From: Roseibacillus sp.
GTDB lineage: Bacteria > Verrucomicrobiota > Verrucomicrobiia > Verrucomicrobiales > Akkermansiaceae
Direction: 5' to 3'
Assembly: GCA_022448985.1 (NCBI GenBank)
Contig: JAKVCR010000001.1
Span: 4,217 to 68,216 of the forward strand
DNA: 64,000 nucleotides
Below are positions 8,892 to 18,873 of the stretch, piece after piece. The notes under the pieces are model-generated. The model worked only from the letters and a program-made list of their open reading frames with translations, made no database searches and was not told where the DNA came from. The position numbers were made by a program, and so were the translations under genes. Each line of letters begins with the position of its first letter. Within the stretch, counting starts at the first letter, position 1.

Positions 8892-9836
8892 TCAGGGCGT
8901 GCCGGGCTCCGGGGCGGGCGCGGGAGCAGGCTCCGGGGCTGGCACGGGAGCAGGTTCCGGGGCTGGCACGGGCGCTGGTTCCGGGGTAGGCGCGGGCGCT
9001 GGTTCCGGGGTAGGCGCGGGCGCAGGCTCCGGGGCGGGTGCAGGATCGTTAGGAGTATTCAGACTGTCCGGAGCGTCGACGGCAAGGAGCGGAACATTGA
9101 TTTTGGGCGGCGCTGGTTTGGGCTGCGGGACGGTGGTGGGAAGTGCGACTCCGAGGGTTTCCAGGCGACTTTCTGCCAGCCGTTGGCTCAGGAAGCTATT
9201 CTTGTCGTTCGGGTTGTTCGCCTGCTCCAGCGCTTTGCGAGCAGCGTCAAGATTACCGGCCTTTCGTTCGTAGTCACTGATCCTGATAAGGGCGAGAGGG
9301 GCGATATAGGCCGAGGCCGCGTTTGCGTCGGCCGCAAGTTCCCGGAGAATGGCGAGGCCTTTTTCATCCTCGCCCTCTTCCAGGAGGAAGGAGGCCAGCA
9401 CCATGCGGGCACCTGGCTGGGCCGGGTGATCCGGGGAGTTGGAGATGAAGTTACGGAGAGTCGTCTTGGCATCCTCGCTGTCGCCTTCTTCCCAGAGCGA
9501 TCGGGCCAGCTGCAGCTGGGCTGTTCCGGCCGCGGGCGTCTGGGAAAAGCCCTCAATGAGATTACGAAAATCACCCGGGTCCTTGGCCGACACGAGTGCT
9601 TCCCCGGCGTTGACCGCATTCTTCTCTTTGAGTCCCTCTACGATGATATAGGCTGAAACGCCGACGATCACGAGCAGGACGAGGAGAATCAGCTTCTTTT
9701 GATGGGCATCGAGAAACTGCTCAAGCTTGGATGGACCCTGTTCGATTTCGCCGAGGAGAGCGGGCTCGTCGGATCCCTCCTCCTGTCCGGGAAGGTCCGA
9801 GGTTCCTTTGTCTTCTGACTTCTTTTTCTCAGCCAT
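8892..9836 (-). CDS. membrane-anchored TPR-like protein (YfgM-like) with Pro-rich repeat tail
   Basis: Charged N-terminus, one TM helix (LILLVLLVIVGVSAYII), a helical-repeat body, and a C-terminal (PAPEPAPx)n tail. Confidence 0.6.
   Translation of the reverse strand: MAEKKKSEDKGTSDLPGQEEGSDEPALLGEIEQGPSKLEQFLDAHQKKLILLVLLVIVGVSAYIIVEGLKEKNAVNAGEALVSAKDPGDFRNLIEGFSQTPAAGTAQLQLARSLWEEGDSEDAKTTLRNFISNSPDHPAQPGARMVLASFLLEEGEDEKGLAILRELAADANAASAYIAPLALIRISDYERKAGNLDAARKALEQANNPNDKNSFLSQRLAESRLETLGVALPTTVPQPKPAPPKINVPLLAVDAPDSLNTPNDPAPAPEPAPAPTPEPAPAPTPEPAPVPAPEPAPVPAPEPAPAPAPEPGTP
8905..9048 (-). repeat. six tandem 24-bp units encoding the PAPEPAPx repeat
   Basis: Units start at 8905, 8929, 8953, 8977, 9001 and 9025 (ggYtccggggNNggcRcgggNgcN). 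They are in frame within the TPR-like CDS. Confidence 0.85.
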
Positions 9837-9943
9837 GGATCAGCGGGGAAGTGTGCGTAGCGCGAGAGGGGCGGTGAATCAAGCCCTTGTGGTGGATTTC
9901 AGGGTTGTCGGGGCCGCGGACCCGGGTAGGTTCGCCCCGGAAG

Positions 9944-11089
9944 ATGGCCCAGAAGCTCTATTTCGTGGCTGGAGAACACAGCGGCGATACCCGCGGAGCT
10001 GAATTGATGGAGTCGCTCCGGGCGGTGCGGCCCGATTGGCAATTTTATGGTCTGGGGGGCCCAAAAATGCGGGAGCTGGCAGGTTCAGGCCTCGTTGACT
10101 GGGTGGCGGATGCTGCCGTGGTGGGTTTCTGGGAGGTCCTCAAGCGTTACTCGTGGTTCAAGGGCCGCTTTGATGCGACCCGTCGGGAAATTGAACAGCT
10201 CCGCCCGGATGCAGTGATCTTCGTTGATTATCCTGGCTTCAACCTGCGCCTGGCCCGGTCGCTGCACGAGGGCCTGTTACCTGCGCGGTTGATCAATTAC
10301 ATCAGCCCCCAGGTCTGGGCCTGGAACCGGGGACGGATCCATCGCATGGCAGACTGGATCGATCTGATGCTCTGCCTCTTCCCGTTTGAGGAGGAGATGT
10401 TTGAGAGCGCTGGTCTGCCTACCGTCTGCATTGGCCATCCCATTGTGGACGAGCTTGAAGCTGGACGTATCGAGGGCCGGAGGGAGGAGAATCTGGTGGG
10501 GCTCTTTCCCGGGAGCCGTGAGCGAGAGGTTTCGCGACATTTCCCCACCATGCTTGAGGTGGCCGCGCAATTGCATGAAAAATTTCCCGACTGGCGGTTT
10601 GAAGTGTCGGCCGCTTCACAGCTTCTGGAGGACCAGATGCGCGCCATCGTGAGGGATCACCCGGCGCAGCAACTGCCCCTCGTCATTGTACAGGGGCGTA
10701 GTCACGAGTTGATGCAGCGCGCCTGGAGCGGGGTGGTGACCAGCGGGACGGCGACCCTGGAGGCTTCCTACTATGGTTTGCCTTATTGCCTCGTTTATAA
10801 GGTGGCCTGGCCGACTTACCTGGTCGGACGTGTGTTGGTCGATATCGAGCACCTGGGGATAGCCAATATTCTGGCTGGCCGCGAAATCGTACATGAATTC
10901 ATCCAGCATGAGGCTAACGTAGAAAATATCTCCTCCTTTCTTGAGAGCGTAATGACCGATGAGCTGCGACGTGCGGAACTGGTGCGTAACTTGCTGGATG
11001 CGGCAGCCAAGCTGGGTGGCGGGGGAGCAGCGGAGGTTGCTGCCCAGGCTATTGTAGACCTTTTAGAAGGACAGAGCGATGGGGACTGA
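9944..11089 (+). CDS. lpxB: lipid-A-disaccharide synthase
   Basis: MAQKLYFVAGEHSGD... is the typical LpxB N-terminus, and the length and internal motifs fit. I chose ATG 9944; the ORF track starts upstream. Confidence 0.9.
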   Translation: MAQKLYFVAGEHSGDTRGAELMESLRAVRPDWQFYGLGGPKMRELAGSGLVDWVADAAVVGFWEVLKRYSWFKGRFDATRREIEQLRPDAVIFVDYPGFNLRLARSLHEGLLPARLINYISPQVWAWNRGRIHRMADWIDLMLCLFPFEEEMFESAGLPTVCIGHPIVDELEAGRIEGRREENLVGLFPGSREREVSRHFPTMLEVAAQLHEKFPDWRFEVSAASQLLEDQMRAIVRDHPAQQLPLVIVQGRSHELMQRAWSGVVTSGTATLEASYYGLPYCLVYKVAWPTYLVGRVLVDIEHLGIANILAGREIVHEFIQHEANVENISSFLESVMTDELRRAELVRNLLDAAAKLGGGGAAEVAAQAIVDLLEGQSDGD

Positions 11090-11822
11090 CTACGGGGACG
11101 GAATTCCCGAAGAACCATCCAGGCCGAACCCGGCTTGGAAGATTGCGATGGTGGGTGCGCCCATCTTCCTTCTTCTCTCCACCGGGTGGGCCCTTTGGAT
11201 CTGGTGGAAGAAATCGCAGGATGACTCAATTGATCCGCGTCTGGCGCTGGCCTCTGTCGCTGCCGAGGTGGAGGAACTGGAGGACACTTTGCACAAGCTC
11301 TCCAAGGTTCTCGGACCCCGTGATTGGAAGTCGGTGGAGGGGCGCAGTAACATGCGTCGGGCCATTGCTCTCATCGACGGGACTCTCAGCCCCCGCAACT
11401 ACGGGTTTGCAGTAGAGATGGGGGAATATCTGTCTTGCGCTGGCGAGCGGTGGCCTACGGTCTGGGTCGATCTGGCCGGAGTGAGCGATCCGATGCGGAT
11501 AGTGTTCGTCAACGCAGCCTATGACCAGAGTGATGCGTCAGTCACCCTGGCCCTTGCGGTAGCGCGGGATCTGCGGGACGAGGAATTTGGCCCTACCATC
11601 CGGTTCGTGTTCCATCCTTCGCAGCTCTACCGCGAACAGGCCGAGGAGAAGTTGCTCATCGACATTCTGGGCGAGAATGAGGCACACAGCGCTACCCTTG
11701 TCCCCGAGCTCCCCGGAGAGAGCTCCGGGCCTGAGGAGCGGAGATCGTGGAACGGGGCACAACTCAAGCCGCTGGCTGACGCCTTTGCTCAGCGAGTGCG
11801 GAAGAGTGCAAGTGCACGCTGA
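11079..11822 (+). CDS. hypothetical membrane-anchored protein (weak M28-peptidase-like core)
   Basis: One TM helix (MVGAPIFLLLSTGWALWIWW). It overlaps the lpxB stop by 11 nt. The family assignment is weak. Confidence 0.45.
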   Translation: MGTDYGDGIPEEPSRPNPAWKIAMVGAPIFLLLSTGWALWIWWKKSQDDSIDPRLALASVAAEVEELEDTLHKLSKVLGPRDWKSVEGRSNMRRAIALIDGTLSPRNYGFAVEMGEYLSCAGERWPTVWVDLAGVSDPMRIVFVNAAYDQSDASVTLALAVARDLRDEEFGPTIRFVFHPSQLYREQAEEKLLIDILGENEAHSATLVPELPGESSGPEERRSWNGAQLKPLADAFAQRVRKSASAR

Positions 11823-11900
11823 TGGCGAACCCGGTGACTGAAAAATACCTTGATGCGGGGGAGGTCCCCGCGTATTTCTCGCGCCCCGAGGACTGATTGA

Positions 11901-11973
11901 GGGGCATTAGCTCAGTTGGTAGAGCGCTTCAATGGCATTGAAGAGGTCAACGGTTCGATTCCGTTATGCTCCA
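11901..11973 (+). tRNA. tRNA-Ala (anticodon GGC)
   Basis: I folded a cloverleaf by hand: acceptor GGGGCAT/ATGCTCC with the G3:U70 Ala identity pair, D arm GCTC-AGTTGGTA-GAGC, anticodon stem CTTCA/TGAAG with loop ATGGCAT, and T arm AACGG-TTCGATT-CCGTT. The discriminator is A. CCA is not encoded. Confidence 0.92.
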
Positions 11974-12171
11974 GTCTTCGTTCGACCTGGGAGGAGGCAA
12001 ACGGAAGGTGCGACACGGCGACGGGTCATGACCTTCTGCAACCGTCCGGGTTGGGCCGGACCCGGGGAGTCCCTTCGTCTTTGAGCCATGTGAATGGATG
12101 GGCGGTGGGCTACTGGTGCATCGGTTCTCTTCACGACTGGTATCCAAACACTACCTCTGACATGACCTGCC

Positions 12172-12525
12172 ATGCCTGTTGAAGGACAAGAGCTTGCCGA
12201 GACCTGTGCCAAGGCCGCTGAGGAGATCCTGGCGGAGGATATTCGCGTCCTTGACTTACAGGGGATCTCCACCCTGACGGATTTCATGGTGATCTGTTCC
12301 GGTAGCTCCATGCCACACCTCAAGGCTGTCCTGCGGGACGTAGAGGCCAAGGTGTACGAGTGGACAGGGACCAAGCCCCTTTATACGGAAGGTCGGGCTG
12401 ACAGTCGCTGGGTGGTTCTTGATTACGTTGATGTAATGGTGCACATCATGCACCAGGAGATGCGTGATCTCTACGGGCTGGAAGATCTCTGGGGCGATGC
12501 CAGGTTGGTCCAGGGGGAGAGCTGA
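12172..12525 (+). CDS. rsfS: ribosome silencing factor
   Basis: RsfS/iojap pattern: ..DIRVLDLQGISTLTDFMVICSGSSMPHLKAV...WVVLDYVDVMVHIM..E.R..Y.LE.LW. Confidence 0.9.
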   Translation: MPVEGQELAETCAKAAEEILAEDIRVLDLQGISTLTDFMVICSGSSMPHLKAVLRDVEAKVYEWTGTKPLYTEGRADSRWVVLDYVDVMVHIMHQEMRDLYGLEDLWGDARLVQGES

Positions 12526-12594
12526 TGGCGGATCGGGGACCGTATCTACGTCCTCCATGGGATTTGAGATTTGAAATCTGAAGCGGGGGACGGG

Positions 12595-13839
12595 ATGGTT
12601 GTTCCCGTGCGCATTGAACTGCTGACCACCGGAACGGAGCTGCTTCTTGGGACCACGCAAAACACCCATGGGGCGTGGATCGGCCAGAGACTTCTGGGGT
12701 TGGGCCTGCGGATAGCCCGGCAGGTGACGGTGCCTGATGGGCAGGCCGTCGGGAAGGCCATCCGAACTGGTCTTGAAGAGGGGGAGGTCCTGATCGTTAC
12801 CGGCGGACTTGGCCCTACCAGCGATGATCTCACCCGGGAGGCGCTTGCGGAGGTGCTCGGGCTGGAGATGATAGAAGATGAGGCGGCCTTACGCACCATT
12901 GAGGAGTTTTTTGCCAGTCGCCAGCGGGTGATGGCGGAAGCTAACCGCAAGCAGGCCCTGGTGCCAGCCGGAGCGGACATTCTGGTAAATCCCAATGGCA
13001 CGGCCCCGGGGCTGTATCTTCCTCCCCGGCTGAGCGGAGCATGTAACTGTGCGGTCTTTCTGCTGCCTGGTCCGCCGCGTGAGCTCTACCCGATGTTTGA
13101 GACGGAGGTTGTGCCACGCCTGCAGGCTCTCGGCGGAATCGAAGAAGCGCCCGGGTGCCTGGAACTAAAATTTGTCGGAATCGGGGAGAGCGATTTTCAC
13201 CAGGGCGTAGACGAGCAGTTGGAGACCATCGATGGGCTGGAGCACGGCTACTGCGCGCGCCTGGGGGAAGTCGACCTCCGACTCATCGGGACCCCGGAGG
13301 TTGTGATGGAGGGGCGCCGGGTGGCGGAGGAGGCCTTTGGCCACGAACTGGTGAGTGATGACGGGGCCAACCTTGAAGAAGTGGTGGTGCGGCTCCTGAC
13401 CCGGCAAGGAAAGACGGTGGCTATTGCGGAGAGTTGTACGGGAGGGCTCATCGCGGCACGAATCACAGATGTTTCAGGATCCTCGGAAGTCTTTCGCTAT
13501 GGTTTCGTAACCTATGCCAATGAGGCAAAGCGGGACTTGGTCGGGGTGAACGATATTGATCTGGTGAAATACGGCGCGGTGAGCAAGCCGGTGGCATGCC
13601 AGATGGCGGAGGGCGCTCTCCGGGCTGGCAAGGCAGACCTCGCAGTTGCAGTGACCGGGATTGCCGGGCCGACCGGGGGAAGTGAAGAGAAGCCGGTGGG
13701 AACAGCTTTTCTCGGTCTGGCGGTGAGGGGGGGAGAAACCAGGGTAGTAAGGCAGTTCCACCCCTGGGGTCGTGATGCCTTCAAGCGCCAGGTGAGCCAG
13801 TCCGCATTGAACCTGGTGCGGCAGGTGCTGGGAGGGTAG
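12595..13839 (+). CDS. cinA: CinA family protein (MoCF-binding domain + nicotinamide-nucleotide amidohydrolase PncC domain)
   Basis: N-terminal IELLTTGTELLLG...VTGGLGPTSDDLT and a C-terminal CinA domain (AESCTGGL...GIAGP.GG). ATG at 12595. Confidence 0.9.
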   Translation: MVVPVRIELLTTGTELLLGTTQNTHGAWIGQRLLGLGLRIARQVTVPDGQAVGKAIRTGLEEGEVLIVTGGLGPTSDDLTREALAEVLGLEMIEDEAALRTIEEFFASRQRVMAEANRKQALVPAGADILVNPNGTAPGLYLPPRLSGACNCAVFLLPGPPRELYPMFETEVVPRLQALGGIEEAPGCLELKFVGIGESDFHQGVDEQLETIDGLEHGYCARLGEVDLRLIGTPEVVMEGRRVAEEAFGHELVSDDGANLEEVVVRLLTRQGKTVAIAESCTGGLIAARITDVSGSSEVFRYGFVTYANEAKRDLVGVNDIDLVKYGAVSKPVACQMAEGALRAGKADLAVAVTGIAGPTGGSEEKPVGTAFLGLAVRGGETRVVRQFHPWGRDAFKRQVSQSALNLVRQVLGG

Positions 13840-13843
13840 TCCG

Positions 13844-14305
13844 CTATCTGTGATACCTGCGGACTTCGAATTCCGGGTATTTTTCGACTAATTCGTAGCT
13901 GGGAAACTGATCGTCGAATTCCGGGAAGAGGGTATCTCCTTCATGTCTCTCGTGGACCCATGAGACGAGCAGTTCATCAAGGTGAGGGAGGAAAAGAGCG
14001 TAGATTTCTGCACCTCCCATGATGAAGACGGAAGGACTCTGGAGACGGAGGGAGCCGAGTTCGTCGGGAGAGTGGATCACCTCTACTCCCTCTGCCGACC
14101 ACGAGTGGTCACGGGTGAGCACGATGTTCTGCCGGTTCGGAAGGGCCCTGCCGATCGAGTCGAAGGTCTTGCGCCCCATCACCACCGGGTGGCCGCTGGT
14201 GGTTCGTTTGAAAAACCTCAGATCCTCCGGGAAGTGCCAGGGAAGCTTGTTGTCGCGGCCGATGATCCGCTCCGGAGTCATCGCTACGATAGCGGTGAGG
14301 GTCAT
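13844..14305 (-). CDS. folA: dihydrofolate reductase
   Basis: IVAM..IG.DN.LPW....DL..FK..T.G..VVMGRKT..SIG..LP.R.NIVLTR pattern. There is a 4-nt overlap with thyA. Confidence 0.9.
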   Translation of the reverse strand: MTLTAIVAMTPERIIGRDNKLPWHFPEDLRFFKRTTSGHPVVMGRKTFDSIGRALPNRQNIVLTRDHSWSAEGVEVIHSPDELGSLRLQSPSVFIMGGAEIYALFLPHLDELLVSWVHERHEGDTLFPEFDDQFPSYELVEKYPEFEVRRYHR

Positions 14306-15111
14306 ACGGAGACCTCCGCCTTGATATGGGGGTGCGGATCGTAGTTTTCGAGGGTGAAGTCCTCAAAGCGAAATCCGTCTATGCTACGGACTTCCGGGTT
14401 GATCTGCATGGTGGGCAGGGGACGGGGTTCGCGGGTAAGTTGCAGTTTGGCCTGCTCTATGTGGTTTGAGTAGAGATGCATGTCCCCGAAGGAGTGCACG
14501 AAGTCGCGCGGTTCGTAGTCAAGGACCTGTGCGATCATCATGGTAAAAAGGGAATAGCTCGCGATGTTGAAGGGCACCCCCAGAAAGAGGTCGGCGCTGC
14601 GCTGGTAGAGCTGGCACGAGAGTCCGGGCCGCCCTCCTTGCGCTTCATGCACGTAGAACTGGAAGAGGAGATGACATGGGGGAAGGGCCATCTGGTCCAC
14701 CTTCCCCACGTTCCAGGCGGAGACGATGTGGCGGCGTGAGTGTGGCTTGTTCCTGAGGTCGTCGAGAAGGCGTGAGATCTGGTCGATGGAGGAGCCCTCC
14801 GTAGTCTGCCAGGCCCGCCATTGTTGTCCGTAAACCGGCCCAAGGTCCCCATTCTCGTCGGCCCATTCGTCCCAGATACGGACCTTGTTTTCCTGGAGAT
14901 AGCGGATGTTGGTCTCTCCCATCAGGAACCAGAGGAGTTCATGTATGATGGAGCGCAGGTGGAGCTTCTTGGTGGTGAGACAGGGGAAACCCTCGCGGAG
15001 GTCATAACGTACCTGGCGCCCAAAAACCGAGCGGGTGCCAGTGCCGGTGCGGTCGGCGCGCTCTTCGCCGTTTTTGAGAACATCGCGGAGCAGATCCAGG
15101 TATTGCCGCAC
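14302..15111 (-). CDS. thyA: thymidylate synthase (ThyA type)
   Basis: MRQYLDLL..VL..G..R.DRTGTGT.S.FG, the catalytic PPCH motif ([10 protein letters not shown]) and the DxHLY end motif. Confidence 0.95.
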   Translation of the reverse strand: MRQYLDLLRDVLKNGEERADRTGTGTRSVFGRQVRYDLREGFPCLTTKKLHLRSIIHELLWFLMGETNIRYLQENKVRIWDEWADENGDLGPVYGQQWRAWQTTEGSSIDQISRLLDDLRNKPHSRRHIVSAWNVGKVDQMALPPCHLLFQFYVHEAQGGRPGLSCQLYQRSADLFLGVPFNIASYSLFTMMIAQVLDYEPRDFVHSFGDMHLYSNHIEQAKLQLTREPRPLPTMQINPEVRSIDGFRFEDFTLENYDPHPHIKAEVSV

Positions 15112-15223
15112 GGAATTCTCTTAACCACGAATGAGGAGAAAGACGCGAAAAAAATCAGGATGGGAACAACTTTGCGGATGATCAGGCAGGACGGGCGGCA
15201 CAGCTTTGCCTCACGCTGGGCCG

Positions 15224-15628
15224 CTAGTCCCCGGCGTGGGGTCTTTTCCGGAGCTCCTTCTTCTGTCCGTGCTGCCGCTTGAGACCGACGTCACGCTGGC
15301 GTTGCCGACGGGAACGTCGGCGCTTCTGGCGGCGGATTTTCTCGATACGCTGGCGGCGTTCGGATTTGCGGCCCTGCTCAATCTCCTCAATGCGATCGCA
15401 CAGCTCGCGGCGGGCGAGGAAACGGTTCATTTCGCGCGAGCGCTGGGCCTGGCACTTGATTTCGATCCCGCTTGGCCGGTGATGGAGGTAGACGCAGGAG
15501 CTGGTCTTGTTGATTTTCTGTCCGCCGTGCCCCGTTCCCTTGATGAAGCGCTCAATGAGTTCGTCTTCCAGGATCCCGAGTTCCGCCATGCGACGGTTCA
15601 GGGCTTCACGCTTGTCCTGTCCGATCAT
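15224..15628 (-). CDS. arfB: alternative ribosome-rescue factor ArfB-like (GGQ peptidyl-tRNA hydrolase domain + basic tail)
   Basis: GGQ motif in GHGGQKINKTSSCV, about 134 aa, and an Arg/Lys-rich C-terminal tail. ATG 15628 overlaps the panB stop (ATGA). Confidence 0.8.
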   Translation of the reverse strand: MIGQDKREALNRRMAELGILEDELIERFIKGTGHGGQKINKTSSCVYLHHRPSGIEIKCQAQRSREMNRFLARRELCDRIEEIEQGRKSERRQRIEKIRRQKRRRSRRQRQRDVGLKRQHGQKKELRKRPHAGD

Positions 15629-16428
15629 GGAGCCGCCGGGGCTGGCATCGGGGTGCGTTCCGTAGCGTGGCAATGGGCGATGTAGTCGGAGACGGACTTC
15701 CGGATTTCACCCGCCACATCGGCACGTTGCGTGGCAAACGGCGGGACGAACCAGGGATAAGAGCCGATTACATCGGTGGTCACCGCGATCTCGCCGTCAC
15801 AGGTAGCAGTGCCACATCCGATCCCGATGGTGGGAATCCCGATGCGGGTGCTGACTTCGCCAGCAACCTCGGGAACCACACTTTCCAGCACGATTCCGAA
15901 GCAACCAGCTTCTTCAAGTGCCACCGCGCCTTGCAGGAGGACAGAGATTTCGTCGGCGGACGTTCCCTTCGTCCTGTAGCCGCCCTCTTCCTTTACACGT
16001 TGCGGGAGCATGCCGAGGTGGCCCAGGACCGGGATGCCTTCCTCCACTACGGCTTCCACCTTCCGGGCTTGGCTCAGGCCTCCTTCCAGTTTGACCGCTT
16101 CTGCACCAGCTTCTACCAGGGCCCGGGCATTTTGCACGGCCTCGGCTTCGCTATCGTAGGAGTGGATCGGGAAGTCCGCCACCAGGAGAGCCTTTTGGCA
16201 TCCACGGGCGGCGGCAGCAACGTGGTGAAGCATGTGGCCGAGGGTGACATGAGTGGTGTCGGGGAAGCCCAGGACCACCATTCCCAGCGAGTCTCCTACC
16301 AGGATAAGATCCACGCCCGCTTCGTCCAGGAGGCGTGCAGTGGGATAGTCCCAGGCGGTGAGGGCAGCAATGGGTGGCCCCGCCTCCTTCCGAGCGCGGA
16401 GCGCGGAGCACTTGTCACGGACAGTCAC
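15625..16428 (-). CDS. panB: 3-methyl-2-oxobutanoate hydroxymethyltransferase
   Basis: ..LTAWDYPTARLLDEAGVDLILVGDSLGMVVLG.. and the rest of the PanB TIM-barrel pattern. Confidence 0.93.
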   Translation of the reverse strand: MTVRDKCSALRARKEAGPPIAALTAWDYPTARLLDEAGVDLILVGDSLGMVVLGFPDTTHVTLGHMLHHVAAAARGCQKALLVADFPIHSYDSEAEAVQNARALVEAGAEAVKLEGGLSQARKVEAVVEEGIPVLGHLGMLPQRVKEEGGYRTKGTSADEISVLLQGAVALEEAGCFGIVLESVVPEVAGEVSTRIGIPTIGIGCGTATCDGEIAVTTDVIGSYPWFVPPFATQRADVAGEIRKSVSDYIAHCHATERTPMPAPAAP

Positions 16429-16592
16429 GGGAAATTCATAGCACCTGCCCGGGGGGGGAGGCGAGTCCGGGGAGTAAAAAGATGGGCGGATCGGCGTAGT
16501 CCCCGGAGCCTGGTGTCTGCTCGGCCGATCAGATCCTGCCCTTCATCATTGGTTCGAATGGAGAATCCCGGTAACCGGTCTCTGCCCCTCGG

Positions 16593-17102
16593 CTACCACT
16601 TGGCTTGAACGAAGGCCAGTTCGGGTTCTTCGGAATCGAGGTGCTGGAGGTGCTCGCTGATGGTGATGCGATCGCCCGGGAGGGTCATGAGGGGGCGGAT
16701 TTCAGCGAGGGGTTGCAGGACGAAGCGCCGGTGGGTTATGCGTGGATGCGGAATGACGATGAGGCCAGCGTCAATAATACGGTCACCGAAGTAGAGGATA
16801 TCGATGTCGATGACACGGGGAGAATTTGGTTCGGCACCAGGTTCACGTCCGAGGTGGTACTCGATTCCCTGGGTCTCTTCCAGGAGCTTGGCGGGTTCGC
16901 CGATGTAATCGAGTTCAATCACGGTGTTGAAGAAGTCGGGAGATCCCTCCGGGCAGTTGATCGGTTCGCTCTGGTAGACGGGAGCCTGCTCGAAATGAAC
17001 TCCGTCCGGGGTGAGGGCACGGAGGAGGTCACGGGTGGCGCGCAGGTTGGCGAGGCGATCGCCCAGGTTCGATCCCAGTGCTATTCCTACCCGAGTCGCC
17101 AT
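16593..17102 (-). CDS. folK: 2-amino-4-hydroxy-6-hydroxymethyldihydropteridine diphosphokinase
   Basis: HPPK pattern: IALGSNLGDR..NL......L........S.VY.SEP......F.N.V.......P..LL.....IE...GR......PR.IDIDIL. Confidence 0.88.
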   Translation of the reverse strand: MATRVGIALGSNLGDRLANLRATRDLLRALTPDGVHFEQAPVYQSEPINCPEGSPDFFNTVIELDYIGEPAKLLEETQGIEYHLGREPGAEPNSPRVIDIDILYFGDRIIDAGLIVIPHPRITHRRFVLQPLAEIRPLMTLPGDRITISEHLQHLDSEEPELAFVQAKW

Positions 17103-17183
17103 TTCAAGATCCTAACGATACAGACTGCATATCCAATCCCGGATACCAGGATAAGAGGACTCGCCGGGAAACTCCCCGGGCGA

Positions 17184-17918
17184 TTACTCAAGCTCCAGGA
17201 CATCCTGCATGTCGTAGAGGCCTGGAGACTTGCCGTTGAGCCAGAGGGCAGCCCGCAGAGCTCCCGAAGCAAAGGTCATCCGGCTGGAGGCCTTGTGAGT
17301 CAGTTCCACACGCTCGCCATCGGCAGAGAACATGACGGTGTGGTCGCCCACGACATCTCCACCGCGAAGGGAGTGCATGCCGATTTGACGATCGGGGCGT
17401 GCCCCGGTGATTCCGACCCGGCCGTGGCTCACGTCGTCCTGGTAGGAGGTGTCCGTTTCTGTGTTGAGGATCTCGAGGAGACGGCGGGCGGTGCCGGAGG
17501 GGGCATCAATCTTGTGGCGATGATGCATTTCGGTGACCTCGATATCGAAGCGGTTGTTGTCGAGAATGCGGGCCGCATGCCGGGTGAGCCAGAAGAGCGT
17601 ATTGACGCCGATCGAGAAGTTGGGGGCAAAGACGATGGGAATTTTTCCGGAGGCATCCTGAATGGCGGCCAGTTCGTTCTCATCGTGTCCAGTTGTCCCG
17701 ATGACGAGGGCGGTAGTGGTGGCCAGCGCGTGTTCGAGAAGCTGGGCGGTGAATGAGTGGATGGTGAAATCGATCACGACGTCTGCCCCGTCGAGAAGAG
17801 GGCCCAGTTCTTCCCCCGTGTCGTGGGTTCCGTGAATGGAGGCATCCGGGTGATCCTCGACGGCTTCAGCCACGGAGAGGCCCATGCGGCCCGAGCGCCC
17901 GGTGATGACGATGTTCAT
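17184..17918 (-). CDS. dapB: 4-hydroxy-tetrahydrodipicolinate reductase
   Basis: N-terminal G.SGRMG, then VIDFT, GTTG, APNFSIGVN and E.HH..K.DAPSGTA motifs. Confidence 0.9.
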   Translation of the reverse strand: MNIVITGRSGRMGLSVAEAVEDHPDASIHGTHDTGEELGPLLDGADVVIDFTIHSFTAQLLEHALATTTALVIGTTGHDENELAAIQDASGKIPIVFAPNFSIGVNTLFWLTRHAARILDNNRFDIEVTEMHHRHKIDAPSGTARRLLEILNTETDTSYQDDVSHGRVGITGARPDRQIGMHSLRGGDVVGDHTVMFSADGERVELTHKASSRMTFASGALRAALWLNGKSPGLYDMQDVLELE

Positions 17919-17937
17919 GGCGATAAAAGTGGAGGGG

Positions 17938-18816
17938 CTAAAGGAGCTCGAACTCGCTGAGGACGGCTCGTAGTTGTTGAGTTTTTTCCTCGGTCAGCCC
18001 GACGAGCGGGAGACGAAACTCGGGGGTGCACTGCCCGCGGAGGGCGAGGGCACTCTTGATCGGAACGGGATTGGTGTCGAGGGTCATGAGCGCGTTGAAG
18101 AGAGGGTAGTAGCGCTTCTGGATTTCCAAGGCTTCATCGAAGGAGCCGTTGAGCGCAGCCTTGACCTGTTGGGCGACCACGTCGGGAATCAGGTTGGCTG
18201 CCACGGAAACCACCCCCACCGCGCCCACCGACATGAAGGGGACGGTGAGAGGATCATCTCCAGAGAGAACAGTGAAGGATTCCGGAACAGCCTGGACGAG
18301 TTTGTTGACGCGGTCTGATGAGCCACCCGCTTCCTTGATGCTGACGACGGTTTCGCAATCGTGGGCCAGGCGCACCGCCGTCTCGACGTCGATCTGGATG
18401 ACGCTGCGTCCGGGTACGGAGTAGAGCATGAGGGGGAGGGCCGAGGCCTTCGCGATCGCCTTGAAATGCTGGTAAAGTCCTTCCTGAGAGGGCTTGTTGT
18501 AATAGGGGCAGACCTGGAGGGATCCGTCGGCCCCGACCTGCTCCGCTTCCTTGGTAAGGTGAATGGCCTCGCTGGTGGAATTGGCGCCGGTCCCGGCCAC
18601 TACCTTCAGGCGTCCCGCGGAAAATTCCACCGCCCGCTTGATGATCTCGATATGCTCGACATCGTTTACGGTGGGAGACTCTCCGGTGGTGCCGACGGGG
18701 ACAATCCCGTCGATTCCTGCATCGGCCTGACGGTGGATGAGCGCCTCAAAGGCCTCATAGTCGACGTGGCCATCACGAAATGGCGTGACGAGGGCGGTGT
18801 AACTGCCTGTGAACAT
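17938..18816 (-). CDS. dapA: 4-hydroxy-tetrahydrodipicolinate synthase
   Basis: MFTGSYTALVTPF...VPVGTTGES.T, YNKP and IKEA (Schiff-base Lys) motifs. I chose ATG 18816. Confidence 0.9.
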   Translation of the reverse strand: MFTGSYTALVTPFRDGHVDYEAFEALIHRQADAGIDGIVPVGTTGESPTVNDVEHIEIIKRAVEFSAGRLKVVAGTGANSTSEAIHLTKEAEQVGADGSLQVCPYYNKPSQEGLYQHFKAIAKASALPLMLYSVPGRSVIQIDVETAVRLAHDCETVVSIKEAGGSSDRVNKLVQAVPESFTVLSGDDPLTVPFMSVGAVGVVSVAANLIPDVVAQQVKAALNGSFDEALEIQKRYYPLFNALMTLDTNPVPIKSALALRGQCTPEFRLPLVGLTEEKTQQLRAVLSEFELL

Positions 18817-18873
18817 GGCGGGAGAGTAGTGGGGAGCGATCACCACGGTAGCAAGGGCAAAAACCCATCCTGT

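Noticed and set aside
8905-9048. Regular 24-bp repeats that could be mistaken for a CRISPR-like array
   Set aside because: The units are contiguous with no spacers, are in frame, and encode a Pro-rich protein tail.
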